A stretch of 51,523 nucleotides of DNA from Candidatus Uhrbacteria bacterium (GCA_903893445.1 CAITMG010000030.1:1-51523); one strand, 5' to 3'. Shown: positions 7,952-16,844, counted from the stretch's first letter. Notes: generated by a model from the letters alone, not told the origin. A program made the numbers and translations.

Positions 7952-8899
7952 TTATTCGTTTTCTTTGAGCCACTCCTCCGTCATTGCGACAGCTTCGTTT
8001 TCATCTTTTGCCCAGCGAATGCGGATGTCGCGTTTAAACCATGTGATTTGTCGTTTTGCGTACTGTCGAACCGCTTGTTTTGTTTTCATGATCGCCTCTT
8101 CGAGCGACAGCGACCCTTTCACATACTGCAACATATCGCGATATCCGATCGAGCTCATGGCTGGTGAATTTTCCAGAACACCTGCTTTGAGAAGATCACG
8201 AATCTCATCTGCCCAGCCGCGCAGGACCATTTCCCCAACGGTATCTTCGACGCGCGCGTAAATATCTTCGCGATCACGACTAATCCCAACTTGAAAGACA
8301 TCAAACTCTGGTCGAGCAACGGCCTTTTGTTCCGTAAACGGCTTGCCTGTAAATGTCGTCACCTCAAGTGCGCGAATGACGCGACGCGGATTTTTGAGAT
8401 CAATCAATTGCGCCGCCTCTGGATCGAGTGTCAGCAGCACTTGCACGAGTTCGCGGAGTGGCTTTTTTTCAAATGCCGCTCGCAGTGTTGGATTTGGGGG
8501 AACTTTTGGAAAATCAAAATTATCGACTAGCGCGCTAATATACAGACCCGTGCCCCCAACCACGATCGGCAGATGGTGACGCTTTGAGATTCCCTTGATT
8601 GCATCTGTCGCTTTTTCGCGCCACTCAACGACCGTAAATAATGCATTTGGATCCAAAAAATCCATCAGATAGTGCGGGATACCATCAACTAAAAAAGCGC
8701 GGTGGCCATCAAAGACCCCGCGCGCTCCGTCCGGTTTACCGGTTCCAATATCAAATTTTTTGTAGATCTGACGGGAATCAGCGTTAATAATTTCCCCGTT
8801 GAGCATTTTTGCGAGACGGATCCCCAGCGCGGTCTTGCCCGATGATGTCGGACCGACCACGCACACGATACGAGGCAGTTTCGTCCCCTTGTGCGGCAT
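7952..8899 (-). CDS. miaA: tRNA dimethylallyltransferase
   Basis: GPTSSGKTALGIRLA..INADSRQIYK..DIGTGKP.. signature. Confidence 0.95.
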   Translation of the reverse strand: MPHKGTKLPRIVCVVGPTSSGKTALGIRLAKMLNGEIINADSRQIYKKFDIGTGKPDGARGVFDGHRAFLVDGIPHYLMDFLDPNALFTVVEWREKATDAIKGISKRHHLPIVVGGTGLYISALVDNFDFPKVPPNPTLRAAFEKKPLRELVQVLLTLDPEAAQLIDLKNPRRVIRALEVTTFTGKPFTEQKAVARPEFDVFQVGISRDREDIYARVEDTVGEMVLRGWADEIRDLLKAGVLENSPAMSSIGYRDMLQYVKGSLSLEEAIMKTKQAVRQYAKRQITWFKRDIRIRWAKDENEAVAMTEEWLKENE

Positions 8900-8902
8900 A
8901 AT

Positions 8903-10282
8903 TCAGGATACCATATCCCCCATTAATTGCCATTCTTGAACGATCTTGATGGCAACTGGGACAATCTTTCCGATCAGAGATGCATCTGTTGTTTTGAAGC
9001 GAACAAGCTTCATTTCACGCGAAAGACCGGACGCAAACCCTGCTTCCACACGCTCAACGAGCACGGAAACGGTCTTGCCGATATAGGTCTTGTTTCTTCG
9101 CAACGTGGTTTGTTCCATCTGTTTTTGGAGAACGTCCCAACGACGACGTTTCTCCTCCTTTGTGACGTCATCTGGAAAAAGCTTGACACCGAGCGTCCCA
9201 GATCGCGGGCTGTACTGCGCCGTGTAGCTAATATCAAAGTCACACGCCTCGTAGAGCGAAACCGTTTCCTCAAATTGTTCTGCGGTTTCGCCAGGAAAGC
9301 CAACGATGATATCTGTTCCCAAGGCGATCTCCGGACGCTTTGCTTTCACTTTTTCGATCACCTCTAAAAACTTTTCGCGCGTGTACTTGCGATTCATGCG
9401 GCGCAACACTTCGCTGCTCCCAGCTTGAACTGGCAAGTGGAGATAGTTCACTTGCTTTGGCAACGTCAACGCATCAATCACCTCGTCGGTCATGGAGTTA
9501 GGATGTGGCGCGGTCCAATGAATACGCTCCAAGCCGTTGATCTGATTCAACTCCCACAGCAATGCGGCGAATCCATCTTTGTACGGATTGCTCGGCGAAA
9601 AAGATTCGGGATCTTTTGCTTTGAACGAATTGACGGTTTGGCCGAGCAACGTGATTTCGATGACGCCATGTGCGGCGAGTTCTCGCACTTCATCAATCAC
9701 ATCTTTGACGAGACGATTTTGCTCAAGTCCACGCGCATACGGCACGACACAATAGGTGCAAAATTTATTGCAACCGGTCTGGATCGTCACAAACGCTTGG
9801 ACCGATGGCACACGCAACGGCGCAATCTTGAGATAGTCGGCTTCAAAATCATCAGAGTTCACCAAATCCGGACGAAGCTCGGAAATCCATTTTGGCAACT
9901 TCGTCATCTCGTGCGTTGGGAAAAAGAGATCCGCCGCCGGAACCTTTTTTCGCATCGCGCCATCTTTGTCACGACCAGCCATACAGCCCGTGATACCGAC
10001 AATCAATTTAGGATTTTTTTCTTTCATCCGCATCACGTCTTCCATCTTGCCATAGATGCGCTCTTCGGCACTTTGACGGACTGAGCAGGTATTGAACAGC
10101 AACAGATCAGCCTGGTGTTCATCATCGGTCGACGTAAAGCCCAAACCCGCCAAAATACGGGCGATTCGCTCGGAATCGTTTTTGTTCATTTGGCAACCAA
10201 AGGTCGTGAGACAGTACTTTGGTTGGGTTGCCGTGACCTGATTCATGGCCGGCAGATTAGCATGGGTCTCAAAATTTGTCAT
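8903..10282 (-). CDS. miaB: tRNA-2-methylthio-N6-dimethylallyladenosine synthase (radical SAM)
   Basis: ..TFGCQMNKNDSE.. and the radical-SAM box GCNKFCTYCVVP, with a TRAM-like C-terminus. The start was trimmed to MTNFETH (10282). The upstream extension has no homology. Confidence 0.92.
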   Translation of the reverse strand: MTNFETHANLPAMNQVTATQPKYCLTTFGCQMNKNDSERIARILAGLGFTSTDDEHQADLLLFNTCSVRQSAEERIYGKMEDVMRMKEKNPKLIVGITGCMAGRDKDGAMRKKVPAADLFFPTHEMTKLPKWISELRPDLVNSDDFEADYLKIAPLRVPSVQAFVTIQTGCNKFCTYCVVPYARGLEQNRLVKDVIDEVRELAAHGVIEITLLGQTVNSFKAKDPESFSPSNPYKDGFAALLWELNQINGLERIHWTAPHPNSMTDEVIDALTLPKQVNYLHLPVQAGSSEVLRRMNRKYTREKFLEVIEKVKAKRPEIALGTDIIVGFPGETAEQFEETVSLYEACDFDISYTAQYSPRSGTLGVKLFPDDVTKEEKRRRWDVLQKQMEQTTLRRNKTYIGKTVSVLVERVEAGFASGLSREMKLVRFKTTDASLIGKIVPVAIKIVQEWQLMGDMVS

Positions 10283-10311
10283 GGTGTTTTTGGGTAAAAA
10301 AAGACCGGGGC

Positions 10312-10440
10312 TCAGAGGCTCTGGTCGGAGGACACGCGTGAAGCGGGTCGTTTGCCGGCGCTGATACAGCTCCCGACGAATGCCACGAGAAACATGGCAA
10401 GAAACGCAATCGTCCCAAGGTTGTCGATCACTCTTTGCAT
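10312..10440 (-). CDS. Candidate 42-aa hydrophobic/lipoprotein-like mini-ORF (MQRVIDNLGTIAFLAMFLVAFVGSCISAGKRPASRVSSDQSL)
   Basis: Not in the ORF track because it is under 60 aa. A-G-rich stretch 7 nt upstream, one hydrophobic helix ending in VGSC, and a stop inside a GC hairpin followed by T7. Confidence 0.3.
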   Translation of the reverse strand: MQRVIDNLGTIAFLAMFLVAFVGSCISAGKRPASRVSSDQSL

Positions 10441-10529
10441 ATGAATCCCTTTCATCCGGTGAATGTCGAGGCTTCTCTTTTATCAATACATTGTCCGTTT
10501 GTCAATCCAACTGATATCATCTGTGAGAT

Positions 10530-10700
10530 ATGTCTCTTACGTCGGAGCAACAAGAAAAAATCAAAGAAATTCTCACACGATACGCACATGACGTGCAGGA
10601 AATCGTGACGCAATACAAAGGTGACGTAATTCACGCCATCGAAGAGTCAGATAAGAAAAAAGCCGATGAACTCCATCGGCTGATCTCACAAACAAACTGA
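10530..10700 (+). CDS. Candidate 56-aa helical mini-protein (MSLTSEQQEKIKEILTRYAHDVQEIVTQYKGDVIHAIEESDKKKADELHRLISQTN)
   Basis: Clean ATG..TGA frame, absent from the track for being under 60 aa. Its 3' end overlaps the eno terminator hairpin. Confidence 0.4.
   Translation: MSLTSEQQEKIKEILTRYAHDVQEIVTQYKGDVIHAIEESDKKKADELHRLISQTN
10655..10680 (-). terminator. Rho-independent terminator of eno
   Basis: On the minus strand: gccgatg-gagtt-catcggc followed by tttttt. Confidence 0.75.
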
Positions 10701-10725
10701 GGAACAGGGCGGGGAAACCCCACCC

Positions 10726-11982
10726 CTACTCGACCTCGATCGCCATGAGGCGATTGTATTTTTCGACACGCTCGGAGCGCGAGAGTGAACCGGTTTTGAT
10801 ATATTCGGAACCAGAAGCCACCGCAAGATCCGCGATCGTTGTATCATCTGTTTCGCCGGAACGGTGCGAGATGATGGTTGCGAACTTTGCGTCTTGTGCC
10901 ATTTTGATCGCATCGACCGTCTCGGATAACGTGCCGATTTGATTCAACTTAATCAAAATTGCCGTTGCGGCTTTTTCCTTAATCCCCCGCTTTAAGCGCG
11001 TCACATTGGTCACAAAAAAGTCATCACCAACGATGAGCGCCTTCTTCTTTAGCGCAGGAACAGCCTTTTTCCACGCTTCCCAATCATCTTCCGCAAACGG
11101 ATCTTCGATGGAAATGAGCGGGTATTTTTTGAGCCAATTTTCGTAGCGTTTCAATAACTGTGCGGCGGTGAATGTCTTTCCTCCTTCGGCTTTAAACACG
11201 TACAACTTCTTTTCCGCATCATAAAATTCGCTGGATGCCACATCGGTTGCCAATGCGATATCAATCCCCGGCTTGTATCCCGCTTTTTTGATCGCGGCCA
11301 CAAGCAATTCAAATGCCGCTTCCACGTTTTTCAATTTTGGCGCAAAGCCGCCCTCATCACCGACTGTTGTCACGAACTTTTTTTGTTTTAATAGTTTAGC
11401 AAGGACATGAAAGACCTCTGACCCTGCGCGGACGCGTTCGCTGAATGTTTTTTGTCGCGGGATCAACATGCACTCCTGCACATCCAATGACCAGTCTGCG
11501 TGCGCACCACCATTGAGGACGTTCATCATCGGCAACGGTAATGCTGGCTTCCGATCAAAGTGATACGTTTGGCGCAAGGACTTCCAGAGCGGCATTTTGC
11601 GATGAATTGCCAATGCCTGCGCGCATCCGAGCGACACGGCCAAGATCGCATTGGCGCCAAATTTGGATTTATTTGGCGTACCATCCAGCCCGATCATCAA
11701 CTCATCAATCTCGCGTTGCTTTGCGGCATCCATCCCCTTTAATTTTGGCGCGATATCTAAATTGACATGGCTCACGGCTTTGCGCACGCCTTTTCCCCCA
11801 TAGCGCTCACCGCCATCACGCAACTCAAGAGCTTCATGTGAGCCGGTCGATGCACCAGATGGGACCTTTGCTTCTGCCGATGCGCCAGATGCTAGCGTGA
11901 CACGACAGGCCACCGTTGGGTTGCCCCGAGAATCAAGAATTTCACGTGCGACAACAGATTTGATTTTGGAAGTTAAAAACAT
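10726..11982 (-). CDS. eno: Enolase (phosphopyruvate hydratase)
   Basis: ..VVAREILDSRGNPTV.. and ..SHRSGETDD.. signatures. The start was trimmed to MFLTSKIKS. Confidence 0.97.
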   Translation of the reverse strand: MFLTSKIKSVVAREILDSRGNPTVACRVTLASGASAEAKVPSGASTGSHEALELRDGGERYGGKGVRKAVSHVNLDIAPKLKGMDAAKQREIDELMIGLDGTPNKSKFGANAILAVSLGCAQALAIHRKMPLWKSLRQTYHFDRKPALPLPMMNVLNGGAHADWSLDVQECMLIPRQKTFSERVRAGSEVFHVLAKLLKQKKFVTTVGDEGGFAPKLKNVEAAFELLVAAIKKAGYKPGIDIALATDVASSEFYDAEKKLYVFKAEGGKTFTAAQLLKRYENWLKKYPLISIEDPFAEDDWEAWKKAVPALKKKALIVGDDFFVTNVTRLKRGIKEKAATAILIKLNQIGTLSETVDAIKMAQDAKFATIISHRSGETDDTTIADLAVASGSEYIKTGSLSRSERVEKYNRLMAIEVE

Positions 11983-12022
11983 ATTTCGAACAAATAATAG
12001 CACGGAGGAGAAACGTACCCAT

Positions 12023-12057
12023 AACTCCCCCAACCCCCTCTTTAGCAAAGAGGGGGA
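12023..12057. repeat. Left terminal inverted repeat of the DUF559 cassette
   Basis: aactcccccaa + ccccctcttt-agca-aaagaggggg. The reverse complement of 12474-12508 differs only at 1 nt plus the loop. Confidence 0.85.
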
Positions 12058-12413
12058 TTTCTGAGAATCAGAAGAATTCTCCGCCTAACACCATCCATAT
12101 CTTTCAACAGCTCTTTGTTGGAAAAACGAATAACTCGTATCTGAAGGGCATTTAATTCCTTCGTTCGCTCTTCATCGTATCTTTTCTGTTCTGGTGCAGA
12201 ATGATATTCACCATCAGCTTCAATACAGAGCCTCTTTTTTGGAGCGTAAAAATCCAAAACATATAGCCCCACACCAAATTGTCGAAAAAATTTTATTCCT
12301 TCGATTTGTTTTCTTCGAAGAAGGTTCCACAGCATATCCTCAGCGAACGTCTGTTTTCTCCGAAGCCCCTTTCTTCGGTCTTTGAATTGGAAACGATTAT
12401 ACAAAATCCCCAT
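12042..12413 (-). CDS. DUF559 (Vsr-like) endonuclease domain protein
   Basis: ..FAEDMLWNLLR..I.G.KFFRQ..VG.YVLDFY.P..RLCIEADGEYH......YDEERTKELN..IRVIRFSN.E.. is the typical DUF559 pattern. Confidence 0.88.
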   Translation of the reverse strand: MGILYNRFQFKDRRKGLRRKQTFAEDMLWNLLRRKQIEGIKFFRQFGVGLYVLDFYAPKKRLCIEADGEYHSAPEQKRYDEERTKELNALQIRVIRFSNKELLKDMDGVRRRILLILRNPPLC

Positions 12414-12473
12414 TCTTCACCGCTACATTGTTTTATCATTTTTTTCAATACTGATTCAGCGTTAAAACAAATA

Positions 12474-12508
12474 CCCCCTCTTTGGTTAAAGAGGGGGTAG
12501 GGGGAGTT
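12474..12508. repeat. Right terminal inverted repeat of the DUF559 cassette
   Basis: ccccctcttt-ggtt-aaagaggggg + tagggggagtt. Confidence 0.85.
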
Positions 12509-12527
12509 TTACTGTGACTCTTATCGC

Positions 12528-13283
12528 TTATCTCACCTCAAACGTGACACTGACATCGGACGTCACATCCAACGACCCGGATTGAATCTGTGGGGACGGA
12601 GCCGGTGCAGCTGCAACCGCATCATATGCCTTTGCCATCATTGGATAGACGATTGGTGATCCACCCTGATTTTCTGAGAACGTCACCACTTTCACAATCG
12701 TGAGTCCAAGTTGCTTTGCTAACGCGCTCGCCTTTGTCCGTGCGTCATCAATCGCTTTTCCACGTGCCTGTGCCTGCAAGGAGGTCGGGTCATCAATCGT
12801 AAACGTGATGCCGCCAACCTGATTCGCGCCGAGTTCGCCACCCTTTGCGAGCACTTCACCAACGGAATCGAGATTTCGCACCTTCACATCAATATTTTGC
12901 GTCACGGTGTAGCCGATGATCTTAGATGTTCCATTTGTCCAATCCATTTTTGGCTGGATATTGTAGTTGGACGTTTGAATATCTTTTGCGGCAACCTGAA
13001 GCGCTTTGACGGCGCTAATGATCGCGTTCATCTTTTGCGTATTTTGCGCCTGCGCATCTTTCACCGTGAGCGCATCCGTTTGCACGCCAAGACTCACCTG
13101 TGCGAGATCTGGCTGTGACGTCACCTTCCCTTCCCCACTCACCACAATCGTATCGCGATCATGCGCGACTTTGCCGATGTAGTTATATTGCTCTGAAGCG
13201 TTTCGTGCCAACAACCCGACATACACAATAAGGGCGAGCGCCAAGAGACCAAGCACGCCGCCAAGAAAACGATTGTCTTTCAT
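12528..13283 (-). CDS. SIMPL (DUF541) domain periplasmic protein
   Basis: N-terminal TM followed by ..GEGKVTSQPDLAQVSLGV.T.A.T...A...N...M..I..A.. which is typical of the SIMPL / 26-kDa periplasmic immunogenic protein family. Confidence 0.85.
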   Translation of the reverse strand: MKDNRFLGGVLGLLALALIVYVGLLARNASEQYNYIGKVAHDRDTIVVSGEGKVTSQPDLAQVSLGVQTDALTVKDAQAQNTQKMNAIISAVKALQVAAKDIQTSNYNIQPKMDWTNGTSKIIGYTVTQNIDVKVRNLDSVGEVLAKGGELGANQVGGITFTIDDPTSLQAQARGKAIDDARTKASALAKQLGLTIVKVVTFSENQGGSPIVYPMMAKAYDAVAAAPAPSPQIQSGSLDVTSDVSVTFEVR

Positions 13284-13301
13284 AAAAAAAATGAAAAGGA
13301 A

Positions 13302-13601
13302 TTAATCTTTTTTTAATCTTTTCTCCGCAGATCGCGTGAGTCTGGCCATGCGGCTCCCAAACCACACGATGATAATTGTTAAAAGAATGGCGTACAAAAA
13401 CTTTGCCACAAGCGTGTTCGATGGACCGAAAACACGAAGGAACAATGACTGAATCGCATCATTCCATGCCAACGCCGCAACAAAGGAAAAGGCAGCCGTT
13501 AAGAGGTCGTAGGTCCGTCGTAGCACCGCGAGACGGATGTCTTCATCTTTCTTTTCGTGCATCTCTGCGGGCTGAAACGATGTCGCGTCCGTTGGTTTCA
13601 T
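13302..13601 (-). CDS. DUF5654-like small membrane protein
   Basis: 99 aa with ..FSFVAALAWNDAIQSLF.. followed by a C-terminal TM, a pattern I associate with DUF5654. Confidence 0.6.
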   Translation of the reverse strand: MKPTDATSFQPAEMHEKKDEDIRLAVLRRTYDLLTAAFSFVAALAWNDAIQSLFLRVFGPSNTLVAKFLYAILLTIIIVWFGSRMARLTRSAEKRLKKD

Positions 13602-13612
13602 GTCTTTACAGG

Positions 13613-14818
13613 TTACGCTGACTTGCGCTGAAGAGCAACGATTCCCGGGAGCGCACCCTTTTCGGTCAAAAATTCGAGCATTGCGCCACCTCCCATCGAC
13701 ATGTGGTCATACCACTCACTCATCCCCGTCGCGAGGGCAACTGGCAGCGTGTCTCCTCCACCAATGACACCAAAAGCCTTTCCTTTACTCCGAACCGCGA
13801 TCGCCTGCGCGATCACAAGCGAACCGTGCGAAAATGACGGGAACTCTGACACACCAAGCGGACCATTCCACACGATCGTCTCCGCCTCTCGAATATCTGC
13901 GCTCCATGCTTGCATAGTCAACGGACCAATGTCGCCAATTGCTTCGTTCTTTTTCACTTTGTCTGTCAATGCGGTTGTGGCTTTGGCGTTTTTATCAATC
14001 TTCTTTTTTGCGACAACAACATCGATTGGCAAGATAATGTTTTTATTTTTCAATAATTTTTTTGCCATTGCAACGCCCTCCTTTTCAACATACGACGTAC
14101 CGATCTCCCATTTCTTTGCCTTGAAAAAAGCGTTGGCCATCGCTCCGCCGATATAGACTTTTGACGCTGTCTTGAGCAACGCTTCAATCACGCCAATTTT
14201 CGTCGAAATTTTTGCTCCACCGATGATCGCCACGAATGGCTTTTTTGGTTTGGTGATGAGTTTTTGCAAAGCCTCCACCTCGGCAACAAGTTGTGGTCCG
14301 GCGTAGCTCGGAAGCAGTTTTGCGATTCCCACAACGGATGCATGTTTGCGATGACAGGACGCAAACGCATCATTCACAAAGACCTCGGCGAGTGAGGCGT
14401 ATGCCTTTGCTAACGAGGGCGTATTTTTTTCTTCACCCGCATAAAAACGAACGTTCTCTAAAAGGAAAACAGTCCCTGGAGATGCCTCAGTGATGATTCG
14501 CTGCGCTTTTTCCAATCCGGTCTTCGTATCCAATACGGCATCAATAAAATTCACATTCACATTGTACTGCCACGTGATCTGCTCTTCGAGTTTTTTGGTG
14601 CTGTATTTCATCTCGCGTCCGGTTGGTCGACCGAGATGCGTCGCAACAATCACAACCGCGCCGCGCTTTGCGAGACCAATCACCGTCTCCATACTCCGAC
14701 TCACCTTGAGGGAGTCCACCGCATCCATCGCGCTCAGTGGAATATTCCAATCAACGCGTAAAAAAATGCGCGTGCCTTTGATGTTTTGTTTTGGCGAGAG
14801 AACGTGAATCGTGGCCAT
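13613..14818 (-). CDS. pgk: Phosphoglycerate kinase
   Basis: ..RVDWNIP.. and ..HLGRP.., length 401 aa, C-terminal ..GGGD..A.. Confidence 0.95.
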   Translation of the reverse strand: MATIHVLSPKQNIKGTRIFLRVDWNIPLSAMDAVDSLKVSRSMETVIGLAKRGAVVIVATHLGRPTGREMKYSTKKLEEQITWQYNVNVNFIDAVLDTKTGLEKAQRIITEASPGTVFLLENVRFYAGEEKNTPSLAKAYASLAEVFVNDAFASCHRKHASVVGIAKLLPSYAGPQLVAEVEALQKLITKPKKPFVAIIGGAKISTKIGVIEALLKTASKVYIGGAMANAFFKAKKWEIGTSYVEKEGVAMAKKLLKNKNIILPIDVVVAKKKIDKNAKATTALTDKVKKNEAIGDIGPLTMQAWSADIREAETIVWNGPLGVSEFPSFSHGSLVIAQAIAVRSKGKAFGVIGGGDTLPVALATGMSEWYDHMSMGGGAMLEFLTEKGALPGIVALQRKSA

Positions 14819-14836
14819 ATCACCACTAGGATATCA

Positions 14837-15742
14837 TCAAATCCCCACGTCGACGACCGTAATTTCCGGTGGTGAAAAAAGACGCATGCGACCGTCTGTT
14901 TCACCGAGGCCATTTGAAATGATGCACGGGACGCCATTCCTGACTTTTCTTCCCATATCTGCGGCTCGACCGAGCTTCGTTGGAATTGGCCACAAGGGAC
15001 CGATCAACGGCAAGCGAATTTGACCGGCGTGCGTATGACCACAGATGACAAGATCCGCATCGCCCTCTTTGAGATCGAGTAAAATATCTGGTTCATGTGA
15101 CAGCAAGAGATGTGGAATTGTCGCGGATGATCGTTTTTCGCGCTTGACGGCACCAAACCACAAATCATCAATCGCCGAGAGCTCAAGTTTTTTTCCTTCG
15201 CGTTCGATGGTGATCACCCGATTGGAAAGATCCTCATATCCAAATGAGGCCACAGCATCACGAATGCGTTGCGGATCATCCATATGATCGTGATTGCCGA
15301 TGACGAAATATTTTCCCAGCGGCGCAACAATCTGCGACACGCTTTTCATGTCCATAATGGGATCATGTTTATCCGTCACAAAATCACCACCAAGAAGCAT
15401 AAGATCAGGCTTGATCGCAATCACCTCTTGAATCACACGCTCATACCATTCCGCCTTTTTAAATGAGCCCGTGTGCATGTCGGAGATCAACACAACACGC
15501 AACCAAACGGACGGCTCACGAACCAATGGTTCACGATACCGTTTTACGACAATGCGTTTTGGTTCAATGAACACGCCGTATCCCAACAATGCTTCGCCAA
15601 TCAGCGCGAGGGCAGACAGGATTAGCCAGGCACCGCCATGTGACACGCCAAACCACGTCGCCCACGCCCCAAACAGGGCAAGCCCGATCAAAAAGAGATC
15701 AAAGCCGCGTGAGCGATCGTGTGATTTGCGAAGATCAATCAT
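14837..15742 (-). CDS. Membrane-anchored metallophosphoesterase (YkuE-like)
   Basis: N-terminal TMs followed by the DMHTG, GGDFV, GNHD and GHTH motifs. Confidence 0.85.
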   Translation of the reverse strand: MIDLRKSHDRSRGFDLFLIGLALFGAWATWFGVSHGGAWLILSALALIGEALLGYGVFIEPKRIVVKRYREPLVREPSVWLRVVLISDMHTGSFKKAEWYERVIQEVIAIKPDLMLLGGDFVTDKHDPIMDMKSVSQIVAPLGKYFVIGNHDHMDDPQRIRDAVASFGYEDLSNRVITIEREGKKLELSAIDDLWFGAVKREKRSSATIPHLLLSHEPDILLDLKEGDADLVICGHTHAGQIRLPLIGPLWPIPTKLGRAADMGRKVRNGVPCIISNGLGETDGRMRLFSPPEITVVDVGI

Positions 15743-15745
15743 TTT

Positions 15746-16753
15746 TTATTTTGCCACCTTGCCAACCATGATCGCGAGATCTGCCAAGCGGTGCGAATAG
15801 CCCCACTCGTTGTCGTACCATGCCAACACTTTGACCATGTCGCCATCAACAACTTGGGTAAATGGCAGATCAACAATGGACGATGCTGGGTTGCCGATAA
15901 AATCACTCGAGACGAGCTCTTCTTCCGTCACATCCATGATCCCTTTAAAGCGCGCGCTCTTTGATGCCTTTTTAAGTGCGGCATTAATCTCCTCTTTCGT
16001 TGTTTTTCGTTTAAGCAAAAAAGTAAAATCCGCAAGAGAGACGCATGGCGTTGGAACGCGAATGGAAATGCCATCAAACAGTCCTTTGAGCTCTGGAATG
16101 ACTTCGGTCGTAGCGATGGCCGCGCCCGTTGTTGTTGGGATCATGTTTTGTCCTGCGGCGCGTGCGCGACGAAGATCCTTATGCGGTCCGTCCTGCAAGA
16201 CTTGATCCGCGGTGTAGGAGTGCACCGTGCTCATCATGGCTTTTTTTACCCCAAACACTTCGTGCATCACGGCGGCGACAGGGGCGATACAGTTTGTAGT
16301 GCAGGAGGCGTTGTTAATGACCTTGGCTGTTTTACCCGCTCCTTTTTCATTGACGCCAATCACGTGCGTCGGGACGTTTCCACCTTTTGCTGGAGCACTA
16401 ATAATGACGCGTTTTGCACCCGCCGTGACATGCTGCATGGCGCCATCTTCCGATGTAAAACGACCGGTGCACTCTAATACCACATCAACTTGCATCTCTT
16501 TCCATGGCAATTTGGTTGGATCTTTTTCGGCAACAACGGGAATCTTTTTTCCATCAACAATAATATTCTTTGCGTCGTAGGAAACAGTTTTGTTCCACGC
16601 GTGATAGGTGGAATCATGCTTTAACAGGTGTGCGAGTGTCTTTGCATCCGTTAAATCATTGATCGCAACAACCTCAAATCCTGGCTTATCAAAACCGGCT
16701 TTAAACGTATTTCGACCGATGCGGCCGAATCCATTAATCGCAATGCGTGGCAT
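15746..16753 (-). CDS. gap: Type I glyceraldehyde-3-phosphate dehydrogenase
   Basis: INGFGRIGR.. and the NASCTTNCIAP active site, plus ..WYDNEWGYS.. Confidence 0.97.
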   Translation of the reverse strand: MPRIAINGFGRIGRNTFKAGFDKPGFEVVAINDLTDAKTLAHLLKHDSTYHAWNKTVSYDAKNIIVDGKKIPVVAEKDPTKLPWKEMQVDVVLECTGRFTSEDGAMQHVTAGAKRVIISAPAKGGNVPTHVIGVNEKGAGKTAKVINNASCTTNCIAPVAAVMHEVFGVKKAMMSTVHSYTADQVLQDGPHKDLRRARAAGQNMIPTTTGAAIATTEVIPELKGLFDGISIRVPTPCVSLADFTFLLKRKTTKEEINAALKKASKSARFKGIMDVTEEELVSSDFIGNPASSIVDLPFTQVVDGDMVKVLAWYDNEWGYSHRLADLAIMVGKVAK

Positions 16754-16768
16754 AGTGAGGAGACAAGA

Positions 16769-16795
16769 GTAGCTCGTAGCTGGTAGCTCGTAGCT
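16769..16795. repeat. GTAGCT-type tandem repeat, solo copy
   Basis: gtagctcgtagct-g-gtagctcgtagct lies 16 nt upstream of the gap start. Same word family as 2041-2067 and 2474-2510. Confidence 0.75.
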
Positions 16796-16844
16796 TGGAA
16801 GCGAATAAATGAAAAGACAACAAAAGGATAACGCATCCGCATGA

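Noticed and set aside
9425-10084. 219-aa + strand ORF inside miaB. Analogous long antisense ORFs occur in tmk (4587..5192), gatB (6006..6554), the P-type ATPase (19077..19592, 19436..20062), PIF1 (25268..25807) and queA (42485..43021).
   Set aside because: Each overlaps a gene with unmistakable conserved motifs on the other strand, and their translations are low-complexity or basic junk.
10283-10486. N-terminal extension of miaB. Similar extensions occur in the track for tmk (4263), eno (12048), the ATPase (17676), trmD (22572), rpsP (23565), rpsB (38250), the ABC ATPase (30627), sigma (34104), htrA (34058) and the GNAT (28079).
   Set aside because: The extensions run through terminators, promoters or neighbouring genes and have no homology. 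In each case the conserved N-terminus begins at an internal ATG, often with an SD-like sequence.
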